Translations under genes and position numbers: made by a program | In this document: positions 14,429-29,921 of the stretch, piece by piece | Layout: each line of letters opens with the position of its first letter | How positions within the stretch are numbered: position 1 is the stretch's first letter | Assembly (NCBI GenBank): GCA_000320545.1 | Contig: ADNK01001083.1 | Span: forward strand, 62,001 to 126,000 | Source: Bigelowiella natans CCMP2755 | Taxonomy: Eukaryota; Protista; Cercozoa | Reading direction: 5' to 3' | Length of the DNA stretch: 64,000 bases | The notes under the pieces: model-generated | What the model was told of the DNA's origin: nothing | Database searches by the model: none | What the model saw: the letters and a program-made list of their open reading frames with translations, nothing else

Positions 14429-17400
14429 CGGCTCCTCCTCCTTTTCTTTTTCTTCTCCTTCTATTTCTAGGTGTTGTTTGATTGGGGTTTCTGCTGGCTC
14501 TTGTATCAGTGCCACCACCTGATATTATTGTCAAAGTAGTATGGCGATCTACGTTCCAACTTCGACTTTGCTTCCACGACCGAATCCGTCACGCCTCTTC
14601 TAACTGCCATTGGCTTGAGCACAGTTGCTGCTGCTGCTGCTTGCTTGCTAGATGAAGAGGAGGAGGAAGAAGAAGAAGAAGGCGACGAAGGAGGAGGAGG
14701 AGGAGGAAACGCAGCAGCCATTGCAGCGGTACTAGTATATCCTTTGGGTGATGACGTCTCTGTTTTCCTCATGATCATGGTTGCAGAGGGTGCCTGTTCC
14801 TTGGGAACGTGCACTGTTCTCTGAAAAAGACACGATGGTTGATTGGTTGGTTGATTGATTGGCTGTAGCAGGGTTTTTGGATGATGGAAGAGGGAAAGGA
14901 GAATCAGTAGCAGTAGTAGTAGTAGTAGTGGTAGTTATCATGCAAAACCAGGCAAGGAAGCAGCCGACAAATGGAGCATCATCATCATCATCATCATAAC
15001 CAATAAGAAGAAATGACGTTCCACCAATATGATGAATGGTGATGATGATGATGATGGTGTTGGACGCTCCATGCTATTTTTAACACGCACACACACACAC
15101 ACTCACACACTCACTCACTCACTCACTCACACACAAAAAGCTCTACCAGCTACTACTATTAACTACTGCTGCTGCTGATGATGATGATGATAATATAGCA
15201 TCATCATCATCATCATCTCACGGTTATGGATAACACCTGTCGCTTTTGATGTCGATCAGATAGACTAAGACAGCAGACCGGAGAATTATACTGCTGCTGC
15301 TGCTGCTGCTGTTTCTTCTTCGCCTCTTTTGGCCTTCTCACCCAGGTAGTAGTTCTCTTGCACTTTGCTATCCTCGGAGTGCTCTATCACCATCCTTGAA
15401 TCGGGGTCCTGTGGAGGGGGGAGGATATATGTGACGCTATGATTGGGGGGGGGGGGGGGATGACACAAATAGGGTGTATCTATAAGTATATGCCCAAACA
15501 TTCAGTTCTCCAGAAGATTTGTGTTGTTATCTATACATCTATTCTTTTTCTGTAATCTCGATGTCAATTTACCACGTTGTTCATAACCGCCCCGCTAGTC
15601 CCTCCTAATTGCCCCCCCTCTTTTTCCACGTATGCTCCATCTGCAATAGAGCTGGTGTCGGAGGATATTGCCGTTGTGGGAGGAGTGGAGGTAGATTGGA
15701 AGGATGATGGGGAGGGGGAGGGGGAGGAGGAGGAAGGAAGGAGGCTGGAACGTGGAGAATGAGGAGGCGAAGAAGAAGATGCTTTTGCATTTGAAACCAT
15801 CCTGCTTCCCCCCCTCCTCTTATGATGGTTATTTATTAGCAGCGTGGGGGATAGCACACGTGATGGCGGCGGCAGTGGTGTTGTTCGGGGCTTGTTCGAA
15901 AGCAATCTTGCGCTGATTTTCCCTATTATTATTAGTATGATTATTATCATTATTATTAGGACGTGAATGGTGCAGAAGAGCTCAAATTGGCAGTATGTTA
16001 GGCAAAAGTCGCAACAAAGGTCAGTCTTCTCCTCTTATGTGGCGACTGGTTTACCTTGATGGTAGATACTGCCGCCGCTGCTGCTACTGCTTTCACTGGA
16101 TGATTTTTCCTCATGAAGCTGCTCCATCGTGGCCAATGTGGAGAGAAACATGAGCAGCACTCCCAGTATCTGGGGAAAAGAGGAAAGTAGGAGGAGGAGT
16201 TGTTGTAAGTCGTGCTGCTGGCGTAAAGGGGAAATCAAACTTCCTTACGTTGAAGGAGCGTGGAGAGAGTTTGCTCTTGAGTAATTTGATATCATTCAAC
16301 AAGTGCCTATGTAATCCAATAAAACGGCTGTTTTTGAGCTGATGCGCTCCCTTGTGTGTGTTGGTGCTCGCATGCGTGCACGGTGCAGAACCCAGCGTTA
16401 GTGCAATGTGGCAGTCGTGTGTTAATTGTTACATGTATAGCAACGATGCCTCTCCGATTCGAATCGTTAGAGCTGCACGGGGATAATTTCCAAAAAACAA
16501 ACAAATCTCATTAGTGATGATATGCGCCAAATTGGATCAAGACTTACCATATACCAACAACTGAAATATTTATCACCACTACAACTACTACCACTACTAC
16601 TATAACTACTAAAAAAATAAGTAATGCGGACAGACCGATCCTCCTACGAATGAGCTGTGCGAGGCGGTAAAGACTTAATCGCAATGCCCAGGAGAATACC
16701 TAAGAAGAAGGAGAAACAAGAATCAGCAGCGCCACAAAGCAAACTCCACGATCATAAGCGTGATAATCCTCTCCAAGGAGGACTCAAGGTTTGCATCATC
16801 AAATGAAACTAGTACAAACTATCCTGGATTCGTAGACGCTCCCCACCTCCCCCCTCACCTCCTCCCTCACCTCCCCACTTTGCTGTCTAGCTGGCCTAAT
16901 GACCTTAATGAGGAAAAGTAAAGAGCACTCCAACAAGCCAGCTGCATCATCTGTGTATATGTATTGCAAGATGGCCACCAAAACCCGTTTCGAACCTGAT
17001 GAGCAGGCATGCAAACACACACACGCACGCACACACGCACGCACCATACAGGGAGGGAGGGAGAGAGAATATATGAGACCGTGCATCTTCGATGTCAATT
17101 CATAATTATTTCAGTCGATTTCTCTTCTTCTTCTCTTCTTAAGCACTGAGACACCAACCGGGAAAATGGTATGTACGCATCAGCGGCGATGACGATGATG
17201 AGGAGGAAGAGGGGGTCCCTGAGCTTGGTTTCGGCCGATTGGTGCTAATCTTGCGCGAGTAGCAATGATTGTTGTAGCGGCTTCCTGCTGCTGCTGCTAC
17301 AGCGGATGAAGTGATGAGAAACAAAGAGAATAAACCAGCAAACCAGCAATCAGCCATCACGAGCTTGTGCATTATTTGTACTCGCACCAAGCACTCAAAA

Positions 17401-17606
17401 AAACAATCGGTCTTCTTACGTTCGAATACCCGACTGCATCGGAACACGTTGTGGGACAAAACAACATCAGCTCTCTTTCTTAGCGTGGATTGTACTACAT
17501 GCTAACGTCGGCTCTCAGTTGGCCACATAATAGCGCATACTACCCGAGTCAATTCCACGATATTTGTTACTCGATTTGCCCTCCCCCTCCTTCCTGGAGT
17601 GTCTAG

Positions 17607-17644
<38 letters not shown>

Positions 17645-17769
17645 GTATTGTTGCTACTACTGCTGCTACGGAAGGTTGAAGAGGATGAGAGCTTTGTATT
17701 CGAGGAGGATGACCTTGGTAGTGTTTGTAAGTAGAAGTGCGACAACCAGAAACAAACAGTATTGAAATA

Positions 17770-17805
<36 letters not shown>

Positions 17806-18853
17806 CACATCGACCAACCTCCATAGGCCTCCTGTGATCTTTTAGCGGCAGTCATCACTCTTCTCCTTACTCGTGGTTGTTGTTGTTCCGACTGTTGTGC
17901 TCCTTCGTAGCCATTGCATAATCCGTTACCGACGTCATCATAATCTTCCTCATAGCCGCTGCTACTTCTTGCTGTTCTTGGTAGAAATTCCACGTCGCAC
18001 ATTCGTCCCTGAGCAACAAATAAATATATATAATCGTAAATTCGATTATTGATGGCACCTTAAATCATCGTGTTATTCAGATCTGTGAATCGGCCAAGCA
18101 CGTCGTGCCACGGGAAGCCATCGATGTTTTGTGATGAGTGTTTTGCCGTAACATCTTTGCCATGCCGTGGAGCAAGGCATCAGTGAGAAAGAAGTTCACG
18201 AGAAATGCTTAAATCGCCGAGAGCTGTCATGTCGCGGGGATCATTATGTGAACCACCGTGACATGCTACTCGCCAAATCCAATGCGTTGCACTTTGCTAT
18301 GGATTTGAGGTATTATTTCCCAATTATCTTTGCTGCTGCTGCTGCTACTACTACTACTACTACTACTTATTATTATTATTATTGTTGTTGTTGTTGTTGT
18401 TACCGAGTTGAAGAGCTTGAGCATATCGCGAGAAAGCACGTTGGACGCGAGCGCCGCAGCGGTGTGGTGCTGGTAATGGCCTCTTCTTTTCCTGCGTCTC
18501 CCCCTCCGCCTTCTTGTTCTTCCACACTGCAATCGCTGCAGCTTTGCGTCATTATAACCGCTCATGCCATCCTTGTGATTGTTCTCCCCCGAGAGGTAGA
18601 GCTGGTGAGCCACGGCCATTTGCTCTGGACGGAAGGACTTTACTCGTACTCTCGACGCGGTAACGCCCCCTCCGCGGCGTTGTGCCTCTCCTCCCCCCTC
18701 CTGCATGATGTTGCTTCCTCCTGCTCTTCTTCCTCTGGACGAACCGAGTAGCTCTAGCAGCCCTTGCCGTATATTGTTCACAGCTGCCCCGAACGATAAA
18801 TACATAGCAGTGACGAGTTGAGGGGTTGTTTCAAACGAAAATAATATATATAT

Positions 18854-18888
<35 letters not shown>

Positions 18889-19348
18889 TTGAGTGCGTAT
18901 TATAAATCCCAAACTCCTCTCGACATCATTTAAAAAGGAGTAAATAGAATGCAACGCACTACGGCAAGAGAGGAATACCGTCTTCTTCTTCTTTTTCATC
19001 ATCATCTTCTCCATGATTCTTGCTGTCGTTGGTTATGCGGCTATTGTGTGGGGCCTCCTCCTCTTCCTCCTTCTCCTCCGCCCTTCCACCATTTTTCTTT
19101 GGGATTTCCGCGTAATTGCTCAACTTAACGCTGAGGAGAGTAGTTATGGGGGGATATAAGACTCGAAGAGGAGGACTACCATGATATTTTGAACCAACAT
19201 CTATTCGTGTCCAGTCAATCTCGCCCCCATCCCCTCCCCCCCCTCTATTTTCCGTGTTCTTACTTTGGTATCTTGCCAAGGAACATGTCGTTGAAACGAT
19301 GCGGGTGCGTAATACTTCCCTATGGTAGGCAACAACCTTTTTGAGCTA

Positions 19349-19387
<39 letters not shown>

Positions 19388-19929
19388 CGGTGCAGGGAGA
19401 GTAGTAGTCCTCCGACGGCAAACGTTAAAGTCAACCATCAACTTCATTGAAAAGATGTTTCTGAGTGCATGATTTCCTTTTTATCACTACGACTACTGCT
19501 ACTGCTACTGCTACTACTACTGCCCCCCCCCCCTCTCCAGACTCTCAGTAATACCTTGCCACCCCATATTAAGATGGAGTTGTCGGGAAGAGCAGTCATC
19601 ACGTGAAAATAACGGGCAGGGGGGACGGGTCCGCTGTCTGTCACCTTCCTCCAGCGCCATTTACTACGACGAAAGAGAAGTAAGGAAAGAGTTCTCAAAA
19701 GGATGGATGTATGGACGATCTTTTTATCCCAGCAACAACAACAACAGCAACAACAGCCTACCGCCCCATCCTTCTGTGGACAAAACAGCGAACGTATATA
19801 TAGACTGATGCGAATCGACATGATCCGCATTGCACTTGTGCACAGTGAATATGTGAGTCTTAATGCCCAGCTAAAAGGTCAGATATTGCAATCGCTCTGA
19901 GTTCTATTGCATTATTCATTTTCTCATGA

Positions 19930-19967
<38 letters not shown>

Positions 19968-20159
19968 CCTCGGATGGCCTACTGTGGTGTCCATCTCATA
20001 TACGTCTTGCAGAATACTCCACGCATCTGTCCCGCTAGTAGCGTTATAATGCGAAACAACAACAACAGCAGCAAGCAGTCGTGTACTTATCTTGTAGTAT
20101 GCGTTGTGGTGCACAATGATAAAATCAAAATTATCTTCGAATATTACACACACACACAT

Positions 20160-20209
<50 letters not shown>

Positions 20210-20674
20210 ATATATGTTTGTGTAAAGAGGATTTTTAAGATTTGCAACATCATCGTAATGTGTGAAAACAAAAGTCCATCGTGCATGCTCTGATTAAATG
20301 TTGCACAGATATTGTACGACTTAGTAACCAAATCCAAGTAATCGTATGAATACTCACCCATGCACTATGAGTCGTCCATTGACATTAACCATCGTGTGGG
20401 CGAAGCATCTTAAAGGAGGGACGGGGGGTGGGGGGGGAGGAGGAGGAGGAGGAGGTATACACATCACACCAGTTGTCGTTGGTCATAATGTACAACGACA
20501 TCATAGATGAATAAATAAACCGTTTAGTGCACGCATGATCAAACAGTTAAGCCTCCCCCCCCCCCCCCCCACTACTATGAAAGCAACGGCTAAAACTCAT
20601 CACTGAACATCGCTGCAGGCATTTTTAGATATATCACCAAGGGGCGAAAAGCTGCTTAAAGCAGCCCTTAGCAC

Positions 20675-20760
<86 letters not shown>

Positions 20761-21093
20761 TATTTCGGTAAATAGCACTATACCGTCGAGGTGCTGTGAG
20801 CTCGTTGGCTGTTTGTGTGATGTCCTCCCAAAGATCGGTCTCTGGATCGAAGATCCACGTATCATTCATGGCCTGCATGCCAATTTCGAAATGGTTTCAG
20901 TACGACTCGTCACCGCATAAGTTATCATAGTTTTGCTTTTACTAGATGAGCATAATGGCTAACAACGGGCTTTGTTTGTCGTTAGCGTTTATTTTGTCCC
21001 ACCTGCCTCTCTGAACAGCCTCCATACAGGACAAGAATGTCCTGCGACAATTCCAAAAATACGATGTCGTGAAAAGAAGGCTAGCATAAGAGA

Positions 21094-21129
<36 letters not shown>

Positions 21130-22920
21130 GTAAGTGTGTGTTTGTTGATATTGCGATCCTGCTGTCTTTACTACTACTACTACTACTACTACTTACTACT
21201 ATCTACCTACCTTTTGTACGGTCTTTCTCCACCGAGATGATGGCACAAAGCCATCACCACCACCACCTATATAATGTACATATGCAGAGTGATCAAGATG
21301 AGAGGATTCTGTAACTTATCGTCGGGAATTAGCTTCCTCGCCATCCTCTCTAAACCCCCCTCCCGCCCCTTCCTCTCTTTGAGCAGTGATTTCATATTCC
21401 TTATTCCTTTGTCATAAATAGCTTATGTTTTATGTAATGCGTGTGTGTGTTGTGGCGAAACCAGTAATAGGATCGGTATTCTGGTATTGAAAAAATACAA
21501 TAGAAGAGGGGAAGATTAGTACTTCTAGTACCTCTAATCTGCTCACTCATCGATGGCTGATAACTATTTCCATTGCAACGATTCCTCGCTGAGCCTCCCT
21601 CTGCACCGTCGTGGATGATGATATTCATTGTTACCTTAACCATACAGTGCTTGTACCTCGGTTGAGGAAATCTGATGAAGGGGGGGGAGAAGAGGAGGGA
21701 TCATCAATGTAACTAAATAAATCTGGTGCAGGGGGGGTTTGGGTGTGCGCTTGCATGTAAAATTAATGATGATAATCGACTGAACCTTGTTCCTGGTGCT
21801 AATCGACGCACGATTTTTGTCTTTACATTCACACAGAACATCTCATCTGTTTTTGGACAACAAACAAACGAACAAACAAGAAAATAGGTTCAACTACAAC
21901 AGTGGCCTTTGTGAAAATAAGCACCCATGTGTGAGGCGGACTCAATAGCAAGGTTCTCATACTGCTCTCGGTATGCGTATCAGTCATCAAGGATGCAAGT
22001 CTCGCCCCTTCCCCAACCAGCTCCAGACAAACACATCCTCCTTCCCCACCTGATAACGAGCGTCCGAAGCAGCCGCCAAAGATATAGATGCAGCCAGAAT
22101 GGAACACTGACGTGTGGCCATAACGACTACGTTCGATAGAAACAAAGAGATGATGGTGATTCAGTAAAGTGATATAAAATTTACAGCCACTTCTTGATAA
22201 CAAGATTAGCCTTTGTTGTCTATTATTATCTCCTCGTTGATGACCATCTCTACATCCCACTATATATTGCAGTGTGTAGTTTATACGCTACCCCCCCCCC
22301 CCCCCCCCTTTTTAAAAACGGAAATTTGCGGCCATACGAATGGATGAGTCATAAACATACGTATGAACGTTTTTTATAGTATCTTCGAACGGCATGCAAA
22401 TAGCAATCATCACCCTGTTATTTTCTCCCCTTGCCGCATCTTAAGCTGGATTCGCGACCAGCTGTGAGGAGGCCAATAAATAGTTGTTTTATTCCGTGTT
22501 AGTACACATGAAACAACGTGGAAACATATCACCATTTGTGCTAGTCTAAATGTTGCGTAAAGGTGCTGCATTCTCATCATCATCATCATGGTTGTCATGA
22601 GCACATCAATACCGCCGATATAGGATGTCGTAGGCAAACAGATCGTCGTAATTCGAGTATCCTGTATAAAATGAGGGAGAAGGTAAAGAATTCAATATGC
22701 TGGCAGCAGTGTGTTTGTACTCCATATACAAGTTCGTGAGAGCGCGCCTCATTATATGAATAGTTGTAACTGTCTATCTCATTCAAAGAGTACATGGCAT
22801 TTGTGTCTTCTGTGTTCTTCACAGTAGGAAGTACCGAATCGAGAGCCAGAGCCAAGCATTATATAAATCACGCCTTTCTTTCGATCGATAACCTGTAGGT
22901 TTACATATGTCTATTTTCCT

Positions 22921-22955
<35 letters not shown>

Positions 22956-24150
22956 CGCGCGCGCGCGCGCACATTTTTTTTTATTGTTTGCGATAGAGAC
23001 GTGTATACATTTAGTTTATTGATTGCGCTAGAAATACACAAGTCCATCTTCAATAACGGAAGAGATTTTGAAGTAACAACTTAATAGGTTTCCAGGTATT
23101 GCCAAAATTTAGCAATCACTTTCATTTTGAGTACGGGAGGGAAAATCTGATCACAATCTCATGGTTGTTCTCATCATCATATCAAAAAATAAAAGCACCA
23201 TTGAATGTGACGTCCTCGCCTTGGGACCTTGCCCAAACGCTTTTATGTCTAAGAAGATACACCGAATAGCGTTTTTGTAGCAAGTTAATATAACTCAATC
23301 AATTGAGGGGTATGTAAGTAATTGGACCTGTCCATGTTGAGGTAAAGGTGTCGAATCTGTATAAGCTGTCGATTGCTTGTTGCTTTGACGAGTGTCCTCC
23401 AAATCCGCCTGCAAAGCCGTACAATTGATCAAAATAACATTCAACATAGCAGAATAATCTTTTTCTCACCGAAGATATACACGTATCCTTCGTACTGAAC
23501 ACATGACATACCTGGAAAATGTACTTTTTACGTTAGATGTAAGGACTCAAAATGATACAAAATTCTGAGGATAATATTTATGGATTTGTTACCACTGGTG
23601 AGTGGTGGTGTAACGCCTTTCATGGTGGAAATTTCCCTCCACTCGCAGTTTCTGTTGCATTGGTAATATAGATATTTTGAATTATATTGAGGCTGTGCAT
23701 ACTAATTAAAAGTATTGGGCTTTTTATACGTACATGAGCTGTTCTTTTTCATCACGTATTTTCATCTTGGCCTCGCTGTCAAATTGAGGGTTCCATTCCA
23801 TGTCTTCCTCCATGTTTTTCTAAACCATCATCACTTGTCTGTACTGCTTACGACGTGAGAAGTTCCTGTAAAATGGATAGATTTATGTCTACATTTGCTT
23901 CCGAATCAAGAGCTGGAGTCTTATACTTGTGCTCTGTTGGCATAAACTTATCAAAAACCGTAACACACAAACAAATAATATCTGAATCACTAAAATGCAT
24001 AAATACATCGATATTACTCTAAGAACGGAGCTCTTTTCACTTCAAGGGGGGGGGGGGGGAAGCTTGTGTTTGAGCGACACAGAGGTGCGGAAGTGAAATT
24101 TACTCTTCCGCGCCTCTTCTTAAAACGATGGACACGCAATGTCATATCTA
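12233..24150 (-). CDS. Kelch-repeat plus two BTB/POZ domain protein (LZTR1-like Cullin-3 adaptor) with long low-complexity inserts; 5' end uncertain
   Basis: Kelch exons: FAGGFGG..DSLYRFDTFTSTWT, RYGHTSVFHSGCIYIFGG, MNDTWIFDPETDLWE, PVPPARYFHVMTALPDNSILIWGG. BTB exons: CDVEFL and VLVAILQYIYTD; a second BTB gives VFVHKYILAARSAYF and ALDLMIRYIYGG. The last exon ends at 12233. Confidence 0.85.
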
Positions 24151-25302
24151 TTTTGCGACAACTATCATTCGTTGTCGCAGGGTAAACTGTTGATCTTTAT
24201 TTCTTGTCTCTTACTTTGGTAGCGCCTTCCAAAGGAGAACGATTGTAGTTGTCACAGGAGATATTTCAGATCTAGCTCCAAGAGATATTGTTTTGCACAC
24301 TTATTTTTAATTCTAGCCTAAAAGAATTGTCGCATACCCTAAAAAGATAGCCAAAGTTAATAGAGAAGGGAAATTCCGGTTTTCATTCCTTTCTTGGAGC
24401 ACAATCTGCTCGACGATTTTCAAAAATATTGATTCCATTCCCCAATATTTTCCAATAATTGAGGACATTGTTGCACACATGATGTCCAAAAGCGAATCTA
24501 ATATCTCAGTACAAAAACGTTAGGTCTTGGTGATTGTTTGGCGAATTTGGAACAAAGGCAATGTGAATCGGATCTGCAACTGTGAAAGTTGTCGCCCGAA
24601 AGATTATATTCTTTGGCCATTGTGCCACATGGGTACCCCCCACTGGAACCTCAAAGTTCAAAAAAAAATACATTTCGTCGACTTTTTGTTGTCTCTGTCA
24701 TCAAAATCATATGATTTAGCATGTACGGCAACAGACTTATTGCTCTTGTGCCGCAGTTGCCTAATGAAAAAAATACTACGACAAAGAAATTCTTACTTCA
24801 TAGGCACAAATTGTAGGTCATACATTTGAACATAATTTACGCAGTGAATTTATTAAACGACGTATTTCATACGAGGACACGAGGACACGTGTGCTGCTGC
24901 TGTTTTCTGTTGGACGTTACTCGTGCGTTGAGTTCAGATAGATCCAGGAGATCAACATGTAGTTTTTGTCCTTTTGAAGTTTCAGACTTAGTTTAGGTAA
25001 TTTATATGGTAATTCCGAACTACGACAATACACTAACATTGTCGCTACTGTAATTAATCGTTATTCAAATCGAATGCCCAAATCGTTAAACGAACAACAG
25101 GCACGGAAGAATAAAAGGTCTTCTACAGCTCGTCCTACATCCACAGTAACGATGTGTGCTATCGGTGGATCCTTAAATCTTTGTCTTTGTCCACGAATTT
25201 TTTAATTTTAGTTCGTTTTGGCTTGTGTATGAGGGAAGCGTCGATTATCGTCTTAGTCCTTCAGTTCAAATCAACGTGGCATTCGGCATCCTAAATCTCA
25301 AC

Positions 25303-25961
25303 ATGGGTTTACTGCAGGTATATTGTAAGCCTAATCTTGATGGATTTAAGCAGTAGCACATCGTTCGCATAAATCACTCAATCCTTAAATGTTTTTCTAT
25401 TACCTTTGTTCATCTAGCTAGCTATACCCAAAATGCCACTGCTACGAAATCATTTAGTAACTTCATTGTTTCTTTCGAATCAGTCCTCTCATGAACGCCT
25501 CTTCCGTAGATTGCTGAGCACGTCTTTAGTACATCAATCATCACGAGTCCTACCTCGCATCAAGAAAGCTCTTTCTCGGGGAGCGAATGTAAACTGCGCT
25601 GTTGGCCATGAGAAATTCACACCGCTCATGCTTGCAGTGAGAGCGGGTAACTTATCAGCAGTAAAGCTGCTAGTTGAACACGGAAACGCTGATTTACGGA
25701 AAAGAGACAAAAACGAAATGACAGCTCTTTTATGGGCAGCTAGGATGGGCCGAGCTGAAATTATGAAATACTTGATCAACCAAGGTGCGGATCCAAACGT
25801 AATCGATAGAAGTGAGATGACTCCAATTATGATTGCGGCTAAGCATAACCACCCAGACGTGGTAAGATCCCTTTTGGATATAAAGTCCTGCTCAATAAAG
25901 CCGAGAACGAATGTACAGTTCAATCACTTCCATACTTTCAGCTTTCTTTCCTTCTCCCTCT

Positions 25962-26004
<43 letters not shown>

Positions 26005-26042
26005 TCCACCTCTTAAAACTCCCTTTATATGAATAACCCAGC

Positions 26043-26082
<40 letters not shown>

Positions 26083-27048
26083 TCGAGTGCATGAAAGTAA
26101 AATATCGATAATTTGGACTGAAGTCATGATATATCGAAATCATAAAATATAAACTATCTTATCTTAGGGCTTGAGATTTCCAGAAACAGTAATCAACTAT
26201 GCGATTAAAGCACAGATGGACACTAACCTTCTACGGGATATCTGTCAGCGTATTTCCTCTGAATTCCAAGCTCAGACAGCGAACAATATGCTGCATCAAG
26301 CCCTCAGAAGTGCAGTTCTTTCCGGATACCTTGAGGCCACGGTTATTAAATGATAACGAAGGATTAATAGATTTATATAAGACGTGGACAGAGCAAAGTG
26401 TGTTAATATTTTAAAGCAAATCTTTAGATTATATTCTGCTAGTTGGTGGATTTCTGTGTCAAACTTTCTGCATAACAGGTGATGCTGGTGGAGGAATTTC
26501 ATATTTGGTTTCTCGAAACAGCCTCAGACGGTGAGAGATTATAGTTACATCCTTATCTTAAACCTCTTTTGGGAGAAAAAGTCCTTCTAAAATTGGGGAG
26601 CGGTATGATTCATCCTTCGAATTTGATTTTGAGGCAGTCCTGTGCCAGCGACCTAAATTCTCACCTCCTTTTGTCTCAAGATGCACGCAGTACCTCTGCC
26701 TTCTTGGCTTCATTGGGTTTTTTTTTGCGTTAAACATGTGCAGGAAAATGCGCGTTTACATTGGCGTATCAAGCAAGGCAGCACGAGATTTCATTGTACT
26801 TTGTCCAGAGGGTGGCCAATGTGGTGGAAGGGTCAAGTCGAGAAAGACGGTTATTCTCCTTAACCCAATCCGATCGCCCAAGTCCTGCACTCTCATTTCC
26901 TCGAAGATCTACAAATGCGGCCTCAATTCGTTTAACGCCTAGAGGCTTCTCACGAAATTACCGAAATTGGTTGAGAGAAGCAGTTTCTGTTGCGAGCAAC
27001 ATGCTGGAGAGCACCGAGATTTGTGACAGCGTTGCTGTTGCTGCTTGA
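25303..27048 (+). CDS. Ankyrin-repeat protein
   Basis: GANVN...FTPLMLAVRAGNLSAVKLLVEHGNAD...MTALLWAARMGRAEIMKYLINQGADPN...MTPIMIAAKHNHPDVVRSLL. Further degenerate repeats in later exons (LRSAVLSGYLEA; GKCAFTLAYQARQHEISLYF). Likely first exon MGLLQ|gt at 25303. Confidence 0.88.
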
Positions 27049-27729
27049 GATGACATCGGCGTGTGTTTTTGAAAGCAGTCATTGAATGAGCAGCAACGAG
27101 AGAGAGGAAGAAGACTCTCAAGTGGCTTTGAGAGCACAAGCTTGATTACGATTTCTGGAACAAAATGAAAGAGAGTGTATAGCCATGTAAGCGCAAATAT
27201 TGTTTTTGGTAGTGGTGCAACCTTTATGCTGCCCAAGAATATAATTTTGAATATTTTCATTCCAATAAGCAAACGCATAACGTTTAGACTTCTGACATCT
27301 GACACGTAGCTCACAGAGTAGCAATGATTTTTGGTTTACTGCTCGCACCTAATGCACATCTAGACGCACATGTACCCACCATACAAGTAATTGCGTGCTG
27401 TCTAAAAATGGCCGACATATACAACTAGCTATCTGCACTGTCGTATCCGATGAGAAGCCAAGCTAGCAAGCATGTAAAAATACAAAATACCACAATAAAC
27501 GCGCTGCATCATGTCGGTTTAGCCATACAAAATTCGTCACTATGCACTAAAGTGTCTACATGTCAAGATTTGAACATCACATCTCAACATGCAAGTAGGT
27601 CTAGAGGTGCATGCATGCGCAATTGAGAGTATTAAATTGCAGCGCAGCATGCATGGCCCTGGAGAGGCTTAAATCAAGCTAGTGATTGCTAGTCCATTCT
27701 GTTTTTTATCAAGATCTGGAAATTTGTTC

Positions 27730-29448
27730 TCATCGATCATAGTTGTGGTCATCATCATCTTCCTGTCCAACCTCTTCAAAATCAACATCAACGTCAAATT
27801 GTTGCAGCTCGATATGCCCAGTGCTAGCAGCGGCAGGTCTTCGATTGTTGAACATACTAGAACCAGAACCGAAATCTGATATTGAAGATGAAACCTGCCA
27901 CCTTTGACCGAAGATGTTGCTGAAACAGTAAATTGTATCAAAAGACCTTGTGATAATCACGAACAGGATTACACGCACAGCATTTGACAAAAATCACAGT
28001 AACTAGATGTCGTAGATGGAGGGCAATAAGAGAATATGAACTACTGTTTGTCTGTTTATTCGTCAAGTGTGTGTCGTTCGTATTACTAAGCAATTGCAAA
28101 GAGCAGACTGATTGCCAACACAACGATGAAAAGAATGACGCCGAGCTTATTGTACACCTCTCTAACGCCTAAAAACGGAGATGGATAAGGAGAAATATCT
28201 TTCAGAAATATGCATTTATGTAGGCTCGAAAATCATTGTGCATAAAGTACACACGGTGCGTGCTTGGATGTGCATCACAGTGTATTGTTCCTGCTCTGCT
28301 GCCGTACCCAGATTCTCCTTGTCTGCATAACACATCGCTCCCAACAACACAGCAGCTGCCTTAACTCGCACGGCTGTCTCGTCTACACTTTGTTTGATCT
28401 GAGCGCATTGTTGGAAGCAGCGGAGGGGGAAAAGGAAAAAAAGGATAGAGAGAATAAAATTAAGCAAGCAAGAGGAGGAGGAAGAGGAGAAGAGACTGCA
28501 TGATTATTTCATGCACCTGAGCATCATCTCGTTTTCGAATTGAGTCCATTACTGCAGGGAAAACGTCCGATCCATACCTGTAATTTTTCCCCATACCCAT
28601 CATAAAATGATGACACCAAATATACACTAAAATAATACCAACAGGTGTTGAAAACAATTGTCTTAAATTCAACCGAACTTTACAGGGTGTTTCAGAGTCG
28701 ACTAGAGTTTACTTTAAGGATTTCTTACAAGATACAAGAAACTTATTAGCTATGCATTTCATAATGATCTTGATTACACGGTCGCCATACGTCAAATATA
28801 GGCTTTGCATTATCTACTCGTTCCTGTATAATACATAGAATGCATTTGCACTACTACTACTACTACTACTACTACAACTACTACTACCCTGTTTCTAGGC
28901 TCGGTGCTTGCAATGCATGTTTGAACCATTTCCGTCCAACTAGCCCGTCCTAATTCAACAACAACAACAAGAAGAAGAAGAAGAAGAAGAAGAAGAACAA
29001 CAACAACAAGATACACGTACACAGACATCGATATACTTCAAATATCTGTGGCTGCTCATCAGACAACATCAAACATATTACGTGTGGATGAAACCGCTAC
29101 TGACGATGACCACTCACCGGAATGAGAAAGCCACGCTCAACCATTGCCAGAGAATCGTTGTTACCTGAAGGAAGCAGAAATCGTTTATGTAGGAATACGT
29201 ACAGCATGTACCCATAGCCTCGCACAGTGTTTGAGTACTTTTTTCAATATTTTGGGATGGGTTGCAAGGATGAAGTACACAGACATTGGCACTTATTGAG
29301 ACATTGGCCATTTGGAAGCCGCTGGACTACGCTAGCATGCTCTGCACTCTGACGGAATATGCCAATGGCCTACCCAACGAAGGGGGAATGGATGGAGTCT
29401 CAGAATCGCAGGATTAGGATGTGTGTGCGTGTGCGTGTGCGTGTGCGT

Positions 29449-29495
<47 letters not shown>

Positions 29496-29845
29496 TCCGT
29501 TTGCTCTCACACTTATGGGCAAGCACGTATATTTTTGCCGCCTAAAGTTTGAAAGCGCAAGCAGTTATAGAATTAATGTCTCGCGCATGTATGTGTATGC
29601 GTGTAGTTCTCACATCTTCAAGAGCTGACCAGTCAACACTCTTCTCTGGAAATCATTATGTAGTTTCATGAACGTAGGTAGCGCAGGATTAGATTGGATT
29701 TCAGTCAAATCGTCGAGAAAGCATCGTAACAAATAAAAACTATACTACTACATAGCCAAATAATATTGATGTTTCCCCAACAATATCAATCTTCGCATTC
29801 CGAGGAGATGAAATTGCATGGCTTTGGCCAACTACGTTCAGGATA

Positions 29846-29921
<76 letters not shown>

